Source of the DNA: Acidimicrobiales bacterium | Lineage (GTDB): Bacteria > Actinomycetota > Acidimicrobiia > Acidimicrobiales > Bog-793 | Length of the DNA stretch: 51,515 nucleotides | Direction: 5' to 3' | NCBI GenBank assembly: GCA_050742375.1 | Contig: JBOGHY010000036.1 | Coordinates: 1 to 51,515 of the forward strand | Shown here: one piece after another, positions 27,980 through 36,896 of the stretch | Layout of the letters: each line of letters starts with the position of its first letter | How positions within the stretch are numbered: the first letter of the stretch is position 1 | Notes under the pieces: model-generated | The model's database searches: none | The model's input: only the letters and a program-made list of their open reading frames with translations | What the model was told of the DNA's origin: nothing | Made by a program: the position numbers and the translations under genes

Positions 27980-29107
27980 ATGCCGCTTCTTCAGACCGCC
28001 TTCCATGCTCGCACGGCGGCCCTCGGCGCCCGCTTCGACGAGTACGCCGGCTACGAGCTCCCCTACGGCTTCTCCGCCGACGTCCTCGACGAGTACTGGG
28101 CCTGCCGCCAGCGCGCCGTCGTGATGGACTTGACGCCGCTGCGAAAGGTCGAGGTGACCGGCCCGGGCGCCTTCGCGCTGCTGCAGTTCGCCGCCACACG
28201 CGACCTGCGCCGCCTTGGCGACGGAGACGTCGTCTACAGCGCGCTGTGCGACGACGAGGGACGGCTGCTCGACGACGGCACCATCTTCCGCTTCGGCCCG
28301 GAGAGGTTCCGCTGGGTCGGCTACACCGACGACGACGAGGCGCTGCTGGCCGAGAGGGCGGAGCGCCTCGGGGTCAGAGTCGACCTCGAGGCGTCGACGC
28401 ACCGTCTGCACAACGTCGCCGTCCAGGGCCCGGCGAGCCGCGAGATCGTCTCGGCAGCGGTCTCGATGTCAGGCAGCCGACCGGTGAGCGAGCTCAGGTG
28501 GTTCAGCTTCACCACCGGATCGGTGGGCGGAGCCGACGACGTGCTCGTCTCGCGCACGGGCTACTCCGGAGAGCTCGGCTACGAGCTGTGGTGCCGTCCC
28601 GAGGACGGTCCGGCGCTGTGGGACGCGCTCTTAAAAGAAGGCGCCGCAAAGGGTCTCTGCCCCTTCGGGCTCGACGCCCTCGACATCATCCGCATCGAGG
28701 CCGGCCTCATCTTCAAGGGTTACGAGTACGAGGGGTCAGAGGACCCCTTCGAGGCCGGCATCGGGTTCACGGTGGCGGCGGCCAAGCCCGACGACTTCGC
28801 CGGGAGCTCAGCCCTGGCGTCGCGTCGCGAGCATCCGACGCAGAGGCTCGTCGGTCTCGAGGTCGAAGGCTCAGAGCCGGCGGCGCACGGTGACGAGATC
28901 TTCGCCGGGGACGAGCGGGCGGGCGTGGTGACGAGCGGTGCCTTCTCACCGATGCTGGACAAGAACCTCGCCCTCGCCCGCGTGGCGGCGGACCGCTCCG
29001 CCCAGGGCGAGCGCCTCGACGTGCGCCGGTCAGGCGGTGGCTCGGCCGCGGCAAGAGTCGTGCGGTTCCCCTTCTACGACCCGGAAAAGACCCGGCCCCG
29101 CTCGTGA
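27980..29107 (+). CDS. Aminomethyltransferase (GcvT) family folate-binding protein
   Basis: ATG follows gaggag. GcvT motifs VSRTGYSGELGYELW and GLDALDIIRIEAGL. Confidence 0.85.
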   Translation: MPLLQTAFHARTAALGARFDEYAGYELPYGFSADVLDEYWACRQRAVVMDLTPLRKVEVTGPGAFALLQFAATRDLRRLGDGDVVYSALCDDEGRLLDDGTIFRFGPERFRWVGYTDDDEALLAERAERLGVRVDLEASTHRLHNVAVQGPASREIVSAAVSMSGSRPVSELRWFSFTTGSVGGADDVLVSRTGYSGELGYELWCRPEDGPALWDALLKEGAAKGLCPFGLDALDIIRIEAGLIFKGYEYEGSEDPFEAGIGFTVAAAKPDDFAGSSALASRREHPTQRLVGLEVEGSEPAAHGDEIFAGDERAGVVTSGAFSPMLDKNLALARVAADRSAQGERLDVRRSGGGSAAARVVRFPFYDPEKTRPRS

Positions 29108-29388
29108 ACGACGCTCCTCGCGCCCCGGTCGTACGGGGCACCCTGGCACAAGTGGGGGTCGGATCGGGGCGCCTTTTGTGGCGCTTCCCCGGGGTGGGGT
29201 TCACCGTGGTCGCCTACGTCGCCACCGCCGACGGCCTTTTGGGCACCAGCTACGAGCGCCTCTGGGGCGTGCTGGCCGCCGTGGTCGCAGGCGCGGGGTG
29301 GTACCTGTCTCCGCTCGGACGCCTCGAGGCGGCTCGCCGGAGGAAGGGTCCGCCCGAGCCAGGGCGACCTGGCGCGAGAGTTTCGTGA
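29104..29388 (+). CDS. Possible small membrane protein (hypothetical)
   Basis: The GTG overlaps the gcvT-like stop (GTGA). Two hydrophobic stretches are present. No homology recognised. Confidence 0.3.
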   Translation: MNDAPRAPVVRGTLAQVGVGSGRLLWRFPGVGFTVVAYVATADGLLGTSYERLWGVLAAVVAGAGWYLSPLGRLEAARRRKGPPEPGRPGARVS

Positions 29389-29398
29389 CGAGAGGCCC

Positions 29399-29416
29399 CG
29401 CAGTCCTCTGACTGCG
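29399..29416 (+). terminator. Weak stem-loop CGCAGTC-CTCT-GACTGCG followed by TAGCTTTCT
   Basis: A 7-bp stem lies 11 nt after the stop at 29388. It may be a boundary or attenuator between the NMG module and ubiX. Confidence 0.2.
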
Positions 29417-29429
29417 TAGCTTTCTGGCC

Positions 29430-30023
29430 GTGGCGACGAGCGAGCCCCCGCCGCGGCGCCTCGTCGTCGGGGTGACCGGAGCGAGCGGGACGATCCTCGC
29501 CCGCTCTGTGCTGTCGCTCCTCGGCGCCGCCGGGGTGGAGCGCCACCTCGTCGTGAGCGCCGCCGCCAAGCGCACCGCCGGTGTCGAGTGGCCCGAAGGG
29601 CACCTCGAGTCGATGGCAGAGGTGGTGTATCCCTGGCGGGACATCGGCGCCCCGATCGCCTCCGGGTCGTTCGCCACCGACGGCATGATCGTCGTGCCGT
29701 GCAGCGTCCGGACGATGTCGAGTGTCGCCTTCGGCATCACCGACTCGCTCATCGCCCGGGCCGCCGACGTGACGCTGAAGGAGCGCCGTCGCCTCGTCCT
29801 CAGCCTGCGTGAGTCGCCGCTTCACCTCGGGCACCTGCGTGCGATGCTGGCGGTCACCGAGGCCGGCGCCATCGTGGCGCCGCCGCTGCCGCTCTTTTAC
29901 GAAAGCCCCGCCTCGATCGACGAGCTCGTCGACCAGATGGCCGGGCGCCTCGTAGGCCTGCTCGGCGTCGAGAGCAAGGCCGTGCGGCCCTGGAGCGGCG
30001 TCCGGGCGCGGCCGTCGCCGTGA
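29430..30023 (+). CDS. ubiX: UbiX-family flavin prenyltransferase
   Basis: RLVVGVTGASG...DGMIVVPCSVRTMSSVAFGITDSLIARAADVTLKERRRLVL. Confidence 0.9.
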   Translation: MATSEPPPRRLVVGVTGASGTILARSVLSLLGAAGVERHLVVSAAAKRTAGVEWPEGHLESMAEVVYPWRDIGAPIASGSFATDGMIVVPCSVRTMSSVAFGITDSLIARAADVTLKERRRLVLSLRESPLHLGHLRAMLAVTEAGAIVAPPLPLFYESPASIDELVDQMAGRLVGLLGVESKAVRPWSGVRARPSP

Positions 30024-31438
30024 GGCCCGCCTTGGACGCACCAAAGGACCGCCAGTCGGTGCGCAGCGCCCTCGCCGACCTGGCGCGGACGGGTGACCTG
30101 CTCGCGATCGAGGACGAGGTCGACCCGGTCCACGAGCTCGGCGCCTACCTCTTCGAGGCCGACGGGAGCGCCGACGGCGGGCCGGCGCTCCTTTTCGAGC
30201 GGGTCCGGGGCCACGACCATGCGGTCTTCGGCAACCTGTTGAACTCGCGCGAGCGGATCTCCCGCCTGCTCGGCGTCGAGACCTGGGCACTTCACGAGGT
30301 GCTTGCCTCCGCCCCCGACCGGGCGCTTTCCTCCGAGGCCGTGAACGGCGGGGCCTGCCAGGAGGTGGTAGTGGCCGACCCGGACCTGCGGCGACTCCCG
30401 GTCCCGGAGTTCTTCACGGACGAGACCGGCCGCTACATCACGGCGGGCGTCATCGTGGCAAAGGGAGTGACGGGCCGGCGGAACGCCTCCTTCGCCCGCT
30501 TGAAGATCCTCGACTCCAAGCGGGCATTCGTCGGGATCGCCCCCGAGCACCACCTCGCCGTGCTCGCCCGCGAGGCCGCCTCGCGAGGCCGCAGTCTTGA
30601 CGTGGCGATCACGCTCGGGAACCACCCCGCCGTGCTCCTCGCCGGCGCCTACTACCTGGAGCTCGGCGAGGACGAGCTCGAGACCGCCGGGGCCCTGTTG
30701 GGTGAGGCGCTTCAGGTGGTCGCCTGCCAGACCGTCGACGTCGAGGTGCCGGCGCAGGCAGAGATCGTGATCGAGGCCACCCTCGACGCGGGAACGAGCG
30801 TCGAGGAAGGACCGGTATCGGAGTTCTCCGGCCTCTACGAGCGCTACGGCCCCGGCCCCGTCGTAGATGTGCGACGGGTCACCATGCGATCGGGTGCTCT
30901 GTTCCAGACGATCCTTCCCGGCTATGCCAAAGAGCACGTGCTCATCGGCGCCGTCGCCATCGCCGCGGTGCTCGAGCGCCGGCTCCGCCGGGTGGTTCCC
31001 GGCGTCACCGAGGTGGCGGTCACGCCGGGGGGCTGTGGGCGGCTTCACGCCGTCGTCGGCCTCTCGCAGCCCGGCGACGGAGCCGCCGAAGCCGCCATCG
31101 GCGAAGGGCTCGGCGCCGTCAGGCTCTTGAAGCGGATCGTCGTCGTGGACGACGACATCGACGTGCACGACCCGGTGCAGGTCGAGTGGGCGATGGCGAC
31201 GAGGATGAAGGCCGACCGCGACATCTCGGTGCTCGCGGGGAGATCCTCGTCCCGCTCCGACCCGCTCGCCTCAGGTGGCGTGGTGGCCAAGCTCGGGATC
31301 AACGCCACCCGGCGCGCGGGCGACCGGGCGGACTGGCGTCGTGCCGTGCCGCCGGAGGAGATGCGAAGGCGCGCCCGCGAGGCTCTCTCGCTCGGGACCG
31401 AGAGGCTCGGGCCAACCGGGCGCTCCCCAGCGCGTTGA
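30020..31438 (+). CDS. UbiD-family (prFMN-dependent) decarboxylase
   Basis: The GTG overlaps the ubiX stop (GTGA). Contains the UbiD core EGPVSEFSGLYERYG...V..VTMR. Confidence 0.9.
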   Translation: MRPALDAPKDRQSVRSALADLARTGDLLAIEDEVDPVHELGAYLFEADGSADGGPALLFERVRGHDHAVFGNLLNSRERISRLLGVETWALHEVLASAPDRALSSEAVNGGACQEVVVADPDLRRLPVPEFFTDETGRYITAGVIVAKGVTGRRNASFARLKILDSKRAFVGIAPEHHLAVLAREAASRGRSLDVAITLGNHPAVLLAGAYYLELGEDELETAGALLGEALQVVACQTVDVEVPAQAEIVIEATLDAGTSVEEGPVSEFSGLYERYGPGPVVDVRRVTMRSGALFQTILPGYAKEHVLIGAVAIAAVLERRLRRVVPGVTEVAVTPGGCGRLHAVVGLSQPGDGAAEAAIGEGLGAVRLLKRIVVVDDDIDVHDPVQVEWAMATRMKADRDISVLAGRSSSRSDPLASGGVVAKLGINATRRAGDRADWRRAVPPEEMRRRAREALSLGTERLGPTGRSPAR

Positions 31439-31530
31439 GACGGCGCCGGACGGGGCCGATGCCGGCTTCTGTACTGTCCCCACATGCGCCAAAGAGCTGT
31501 CTCGCGTGGAACCTCTGAGGGGACCGAACG

Positions 31531-32907
31531 ATGCCGCTGATGGATCTCTCGCTCACCGGCCGGGTGGTGAGCGGCACGGGCGAGCCGGCGCGGGGCGAGA
31601 TCCTCGTCTCGGGCGGCACCATCGCAGAGGTGCACCTGCTGTCACGAGGCGAACGGCCGGCTGGCGCGACAAGGGCGATCGACGTCGGGGATGCGTACCT
31701 CATCCCGGGTGCCATCGACTGTCACGTGCACTCGGGGAGCCACCCCGGCGAGGGGATCCTGGCACTCACGACCTCGGCGGCCGCCGGCGGGGTGACGACA
31801 GCCCTCGACATGCCCTACGACGCCGAGGCTCCGGTCGTGGACCCGGGCGTCTTCGCCGCCAAGCAGGATCAGATCGCACGCGAGGCGCTCGTCGACGTCG
31901 CGCTCCTCGGCACGGTCCGCCCGGGCACCGGAGCCGACGACGTGGAGCCGCTGGTGCGGGCGGGAGCCGTCGGCTTCAAGCTGTCGCTCTTTTGCACAGA
32001 CGCCCGGCGCTTCCCTCGGATCCACGACTGCCAGTTCCTAGAGGTGCTCCGAGCCATCCGTGCGGCGGGCAGCGTCGCCTGCGTGCACGCCGAGAACGAG
32101 GAGATCATCAAGCCTCTCATCGAGCGCGCCCGCCTCGAAGGTCAGAGCGCGCCGATCGAGCACTGCCGCTCCCGCCCCCCGGTAAGCGAGACCCAGGCGG
32201 TGCTCACGGCCCTCGAATACGCGCGGGAGACCGGGGCACGCCTTCACCTCTGCCACCTGAGCCTTTCTCGCTCGGTAGACCTCGCCATGACATACGCCGC
32301 AGAGGGCACGCAGGTGAGCGCCGAGACGTGCCCGCACTATCTGACGTTCTCGGAGGCCGATATGGCCCGGGAGGCCGGGAGGCTCAAGATCAACCCTCCG
32401 CTCAGGGCCACCGGCGAGGTCGAGGCGCTGTGGGAGCGCGTCATGTCTGGAGCCGTCGACGTCGTGGCGTCCGACCACGCCCCCTGGCCGCTCGACTACA
32501 AGCTGCACCCGAACATCTTCGACAACCACTCGGGGGCGCCGGGCGTCGAGACACTTGTCTCGGTGGTTGCCTCGGGCCTGTTCGCCCACGGCGGCAGCGT
32601 GAACGACCTCGCACGCCTCGTCTCGAGCGCACCGGCCCGGCTCTTCGGGCTCTCCGGGCGAAAGGGCTCGATCGAGGCGGGAAAAGACGCCGACGTCGTG
32701 GCGCTCGACCCGGCTAGCTTCACCGTCAACGAGCACAAGCTGCACTCGAACGCCGGTTGGAGCCCTTATGACAAGATGACCTTCAACGGCCGCGCCATGC
32801 TCACGGTCTCGAGGGGCGAGGTCGTGTGGGACGGCGAACAGGTGCATGGCACGCCCGGCCGGGGACGCCTCGTCGTCCCGGAGCGCAAAGGAGGCGCCGA
32901 TGAGTGA
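31531..32907 (+). CDS. Cyclic amidohydrolase (allantoinase/dihydroorotase/hydantoinase family), candidate hydantoin-5-propionate amidohydrolase
   Basis: All binuclear-metal ligands are present in context: DCHVH, GFKLSLF (carboxylated-Lys position), VHAE, HLCHLS, ASDHAP. ATG follows GAGGGGA. Confidence 0.85.
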   Translation: MPLMDLSLTGRVVSGTGEPARGEILVSGGTIAEVHLLSRGERPAGATRAIDVGDAYLIPGAIDCHVHSGSHPGEGILALTTSAAAGGVTTALDMPYDAEAPVVDPGVFAAKQDQIAREALVDVALLGTVRPGTGADDVEPLVRAGAVGFKLSLFCTDARRFPRIHDCQFLEVLRAIRAAGSVACVHAENEEIIKPLIERARLEGQSAPIEHCRSRPPVSETQAVLTALEYARETGARLHLCHLSLSRSVDLAMTYAAEGTQVSAETCPHYLTFSEADMAREAGRLKINPPLRATGEVEALWERVMSGAVDVVASDHAPWPLDYKLHPNIFDNHSGAPGVETLVSVVASGLFAHGGSVNDLARLVSSAPARLFGLSGRKGSIEAGKDADVVALDPASFTVNEHKLHSNAGWSPYDKMTFNGRAMLTVSRGEVVWDGEQVHGTPGRGRLVVPERKGGADE

Positions 32908-34540
32908 CCCTGCTGTGCCCAGGGCGGCACGCGGCGCCACGCTGCGGTGCAGGGGCTGGCGGCAGGAGGGCCTGCTCCGCATGCTCGAGAACGTTGTCGA
33001 GATCGGCGAGCGTCCAGAGGACCTCGTCGTCTACGGCGCCCGCGGCAAGGCCGCTCGGGACTGGCCGTCGTTCCACTCGCTCGTCCAGTCGCTCTGCCAC
33101 CTCGGCGAGGACGAGACGCTCGTAGTCCAGTCGGGTAAGCCCATCGGCGTCTTCCCGAGCCCGCCCGAGGCGCCGCTCGTGCTCATGGCATGCGGCAACA
33201 TCGTCGGGCACTACGCGACCCCCGAGCACTTCGACGAGCTCTCGGACAAGGGTCTAATCATGTGGGGCGGGCTCACCGCCGGGGACTGGCAGTACATCGG
33301 CTTCCAGGGCGTCCTGCAAGGGGTCTACGAGCTTTTGCAAGCCGTCGCGAGAGAGCACTTCGACGGCTTGCTCCGCGGGCGCCTCGTCGTCAGCGCCGGG
33401 CTCGGCGGCATGGGGGCGGCCCAACCTCTCGCCATCACGATGTCGGGCGCGCGGGGCATCGTCGTCGAGGTGGACGAGGCCAAGTGCGAACGGGCGCTGC
33501 GGCGGGGACACGTCGACGCCGTCCTCGAGAACCTCGACGCCGCCCTCAACTTCCCGGCCGGAGACTCCCAAAGGGGGGTCGTCGCCCTCCATGCCAACGC
33601 CGCCGGCGTCTACCGGGAGCTGGCGGAGCGCCACGTCGTTCCCGACGTCGTCACCGACCTCACGGCCGCCCACGACGCCGTCTTCGGTTACTGCCCCCTC
33701 GCCCTGTCGGTCTCGAGCTGGCACGAGCGCCGCGAGAGCGAGCCGGCCAAGGTCGCGGCGCTCGCACGGGAGTCGATGGCGGTCCAAGTGGAGGCGATGC
33801 TGGCCCTCAAAGCAGGGGGTGCGGTCGTCTTCGAGAACGGCAACAACCTGCGCGTCCAGGCACACGCCGCCGGCGTCGAGACGGCCTTCGAGATCGACGG
33901 CTTCGCCGACCGCTACATAAGGCCGCTCTTCTGCCGCGGCATCGGCCCGTTCAGATGGGTCGCCCTAAGCGGCGAGGCGAGCGATCTCCTTCAGCTCGAC
34001 GCCCTTGTTAGAAGTACCGCCGCCCGTAGCGAGGTACGCAGATGGATCGACCTCGCCGGCCGTTACGTCGAGGTTCAGGGCCTGCCGGCGAGAAGCTGCT
34101 GGCTCGGCCACGGCGAGCGCTCCGCCTTTGCCGCCGCCGTCAACGAGCTCGTCGCCGACGACAGCCTCGCCGGGCCGGTGCTCTTCACCCGCGACCACTT
34201 CGACGCCGGCGGCATGACCCATCCCCACATCGGCACCGAGGCGATGGCAGACGGCAGCGGCGCCATCTCGGACTGGCCCATCCTCGACGCCCTACTCCTA
34301 TCGGCTTCGGGGGCCGACCTCGTGGCCGTCCACGCCGGAGGCGCCGGCTACGCCGGCTACATGCAGAGCGCCGGCGTGACCGTCGTCGCCGATGGATCCG
34401 AAAGCGCCTCGAAGCGCCTCAGACGCTGCCTTGACGCCGACACAGGGCTCGGTGTCCTGCGCTACGCCGACGCCGGCTACGACGACGCCAGAGCTCTGGC
34501 CGCGAGCTCCCGGCTCGGCCTCGGGGGACAGGACAGATGA
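32900..34540 (+). CDS. Urocanate hydratase family protein, candidate thiourocanate/urocanate hydratase
   Basis: ATG 32900 follows aaaggagg and overlaps the upstream stop by 8 nt. Urocanase motifs RCRGWRQEGLLRML, VVQSGKPIGVF, GLGGMGAAQPLA. Confidence 0.9.
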   Translation: MSDPAVPRAARGATLRCRGWRQEGLLRMLENVVEIGERPEDLVVYGARGKAARDWPSFHSLVQSLCHLGEDETLVVQSGKPIGVFPSPPEAPLVLMACGNIVGHYATPEHFDELSDKGLIMWGGLTAGDWQYIGFQGVLQGVYELLQAVAREHFDGLLRGRLVVSAGLGGMGAAQPLAITMSGARGIVVEVDEAKCERALRRGHVDAVLENLDAALNFPAGDSQRGVVALHANAAGVYRELAERHVVPDVVTDLTAAHDAVFGYCPLALSVSSWHERRESEPAKVAALARESMAVQVEAMLALKAGGAVVFENGNNLRVQAHAAGVETAFEIDGFADRYIRPLFCRGIGPFRWVALSGEASDLLQLDALVRSTAARSEVRRWIDLAGRYVEVQGLPARSCWLGHGERSAFAAAVNELVADDSLAGPVLFTRDHFDAGGMTHPHIGTEAMADGSGAISDWPILDALLLSASGADLVAVHAGGAGYAGYMQSAGVTVVADGSESASKRLRRCLDADTGLGVLRYADAGYDDARALAASSRLGLGGQDR

Positions 34541-35622
34541 GGGAGCTCAGCCACGAGGACGCCCTCGACGCCGTCTTTGGAGGCTCGATCCTCGCCTGCG
34601 GCGGCGGAGGCTGGGTCGAGCACGGGATGATGATGGGTGAGCTGGCGACCCGAATCGGCCACCCGAGCCTTTGCTCGGTCGACGAGCTCGATCCCGGCGC
34701 CCTCGTCGTCACCGTGACCGCGATCGGGGCGCCAGCCTCGCCCAACTGGGAGATCCGCCCGCTCGACTACGTCCGCGCCCTGCAGCTCGTCGCCGCCGAG
34801 CTCGACCGGCCGGTGGCGGCGGTCATGACGGCGCAGAACGGCTCCTCCACCACCCTGAACGGCTGGATCCAGTCGGCTGTCCTCGGCGTGAAGGTGCTCG
34901 ACGCCGCCGGCGACGTACGGGCGCACCCGACGGGCAAGCTCGGCGGGCTCGGCCTCACCGACCGTGAGGGTTACGAGACGGTGCAGGCCGTGGCGGGAGG
35001 CAACCGGGCGCTGTGCGGGGGCGTCGAGATCGTGGCACGGGGACAGGTCGTCACGACGTCGGACGTGCTGAGAGACGTGTGCGTGCGCGCCGGCGGCTTC
35101 ATCGCCGCCGCACGCAATCCGATCGACCTCGCCTACGTCAAGGAGAACGCCGCCATAGGCGCCGTAAGCTACGCCCTCTCACTCGGCTCGGCGCTGCGGC
35201 AGGCGACGTCAGATGCCGAGTCGGTCATGGCGGCTGCGAGCGCGGTGACGGGCGGCAGGGTCGTGGCGAGCGGCGCCGCCGCCGTGGTGGAGCCGCTGCG
35301 GACAGAAGGCGGCTTCGACCACGGAGCGCTTGGCGTGGGCGACTGCGTCCTGCACTACCTGAACGAGTACATGACGGTCGATCGCGGCGCCGAGAGGATC
35401 GCCACCTATCCCGACGTCATCGCCACCCTGTCGCTCGAGACCGGCCGGCCCGTATCGATCGCGCAGATGAGCGAGGGCAGGGAGGTGGCGATCTTCATCG
35501 TCGACCGTTCGATGCTGCCTCTCTCTTCGAGCACGAGGGACCGCTTCGCCCTCGAAGAGGTGGAGAAGATCATGGGCGTGAATCTCCTCGGGGACGAGCG
35601 CGGCGGGAGGGGTGGTTCGTGA
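34537..35622 (+). CDS. DUF917 / S-methyl-thiohydantoin-desulfurase-like protein
   Basis: ATGA overlap with the upstream gene. It has the DUF917 pattern ILACGGGGW...VTAIGAPAS...AQNGSSTT...VLDAAGDVRAHPT. The family assignment is from memory of the motif pattern. Confidence 0.75.
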   Translation: MRELSHEDALDAVFGGSILACGGGGWVEHGMMMGELATRIGHPSLCSVDELDPGALVVTVTAIGAPASPNWEIRPLDYVRALQLVAAELDRPVAAVMTAQNGSSTTLNGWIQSAVLGVKVLDAAGDVRAHPTGKLGGLGLTDREGYETVQAVAGGNRALCGGVEIVARGQVVTTSDVLRDVCVRAGGFIAAARNPIDLAYVKENAAIGAVSYALSLGSALRQATSDAESVMAAASAVTGGRVVASGAAAVVEPLRTEGGFDHGALGVGDCVLHYLNEYMTVDRGAERIATYPDVIATLSLETGRPVSIAQMSEGREVAIFIVDRSMLPLSSSTRDRFALEEVEKIMGVNLLGDERGGRGGS

Positions 35623-36872
35623 GCGCGGGGCTTTCGTCGCCCGACCTCGGGCGGATCGAGGAGGACCTGAAGGCACTGGCGACGTTCCGCGAGGCAAGCG
35701 CCCCCGGATGGACGCGCCCGGTTTTCTCGGCCGTCGACCGGGATGCCCGCCTGTGGGTAGCCGAGCAGATGCGAGCCGCCGGCATGGAGGTGAGCTCCGA
35801 TGCGGCGGCCAACCTCGTCGGCAGGCTGCGCGGCAGCGGAGCGCCCGGTGCAGTAGTGACGGGGTCGCACACCGATACCGTGCCCGGCGGCGGCCGTTTC
35901 GACGGCGTCATCGGAGTCCTCGGCGCCATCGAGGCCGTCCGTTGCCTGCGCGCAACCGGGATGCAGCTCGAGCACGACCTCGTCGTCATCGACTTCCTCG
36001 GCGAAGAGCCGAACGACTTCGGCCTCAGCTGCGTCGGAAGCAGGGCGATCGCCGGCACCCTCTCAAGAGAGCACCTCGCCCTTCTCGGGCCGAAAGAGCA
36101 CAGCCTCGCCCACGAGCTCGAGACGACGGGCGGCGATCCCGACGCCATAGCCGGCGTGGCGTGGCCGCTCGGATCGGTCCACTGCTTCGTCGAGCTCCAC
36201 ATCGAGCAGGGTCCCCGTCTCGAGCTGGCCGGCGTGCCGATCGGCGTCGTGACGGGGATCGCCGGCATCCACCGGCTCGTCGCGAGCTTCTCGGGGCGAC
36301 CCGACCATGCGGGGACGACGCCGATGGAGGCGCGCCGCGACGCCCTTCTCGGCGCCGCCGAGGCGTCGCTTTTGATCGAGAAGCTCGCCGAGGGCTCGGT
36401 CGCCACGGCGGGCCGCCTCGACGTGCACCCAGGCGCCAATAACGTCGTGCCCGCCGAAGCAGAGCTCTGGGCGGAGGCCCGGAGCGCCGACGAGTCATGG
36501 CTGGAGGAATTCGGCCGTCAGCTCGAAGCCGGCATGTCCGGCATCGGCGAGCGCCGCCGGCTCGGCGCGTCGCTTCGATGGCCGTCGCGCGAAGCCCCAG
36601 TGCTCGTGACCGACTGGGTCGCGGACGCCCTCGTAGACACGGCGGGGCACTTTGGCGTCGAGGCCCTCCGTATCCCCAGCGGTGCCGGGCACGATGCCGC
36701 CCAGATGGCGAACCTGGGCCCGATGGGCATGATCTTCGTACCTTCCAGGGACGGCCGCAGCCACTGCCCCGAGGAGTGGACCGACCTCGAGCAGATCGGT
36801 CAGGGGGTGGCGGTTCTCGCCGAAGCACTGCGGCAGCTCGACGCAACACCTCCGGGCGGGAGGGCGGGGTGA
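35619..36872 (+). CDS. M20-family Zn hydrolase (N-carbamoyl-L-amino-acid / allantoate amidohydrolase type)
   Basis: GTGA overlap with the upstream gene. Contains GSHTDTVPGGGRFDGVIGVLGAIEA and a C-terminal PSGAGHDA. Confidence 0.85.
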   Translation: MSAGLSSPDLGRIEEDLKALATFREASAPGWTRPVFSAVDRDARLWVAEQMRAAGMEVSSDAAANLVGRLRGSGAPGAVVTGSHTDTVPGGGRFDGVIGVLGAIEAVRCLRATGMQLEHDLVVIDFLGEEPNDFGLSCVGSRAIAGTLSREHLALLGPKEHSLAHELETTGGDPDAIAGVAWPLGSVHCFVELHIEQGPRLELAGVPIGVVTGIAGIHRLVASFSGRPDHAGTTPMEARRDALLGAAEASLLIEKLAEGSVATAGRLDVHPGANNVVPAEAELWAEARSADESWLEEFGRQLEAGMSGIGERRRLGASLRWPSREAPVLVTDWVADALVDTAGHFGVEALRIPSGAGHDAAQMANLGPMGMIFVPSRDGRSHCPEEWTDLEQIGQGVAVLAEALRQLDATPPGGRAG

Positions 36873-36896
36873 GCAAAGCGGGGGTGACGGGGCTGA

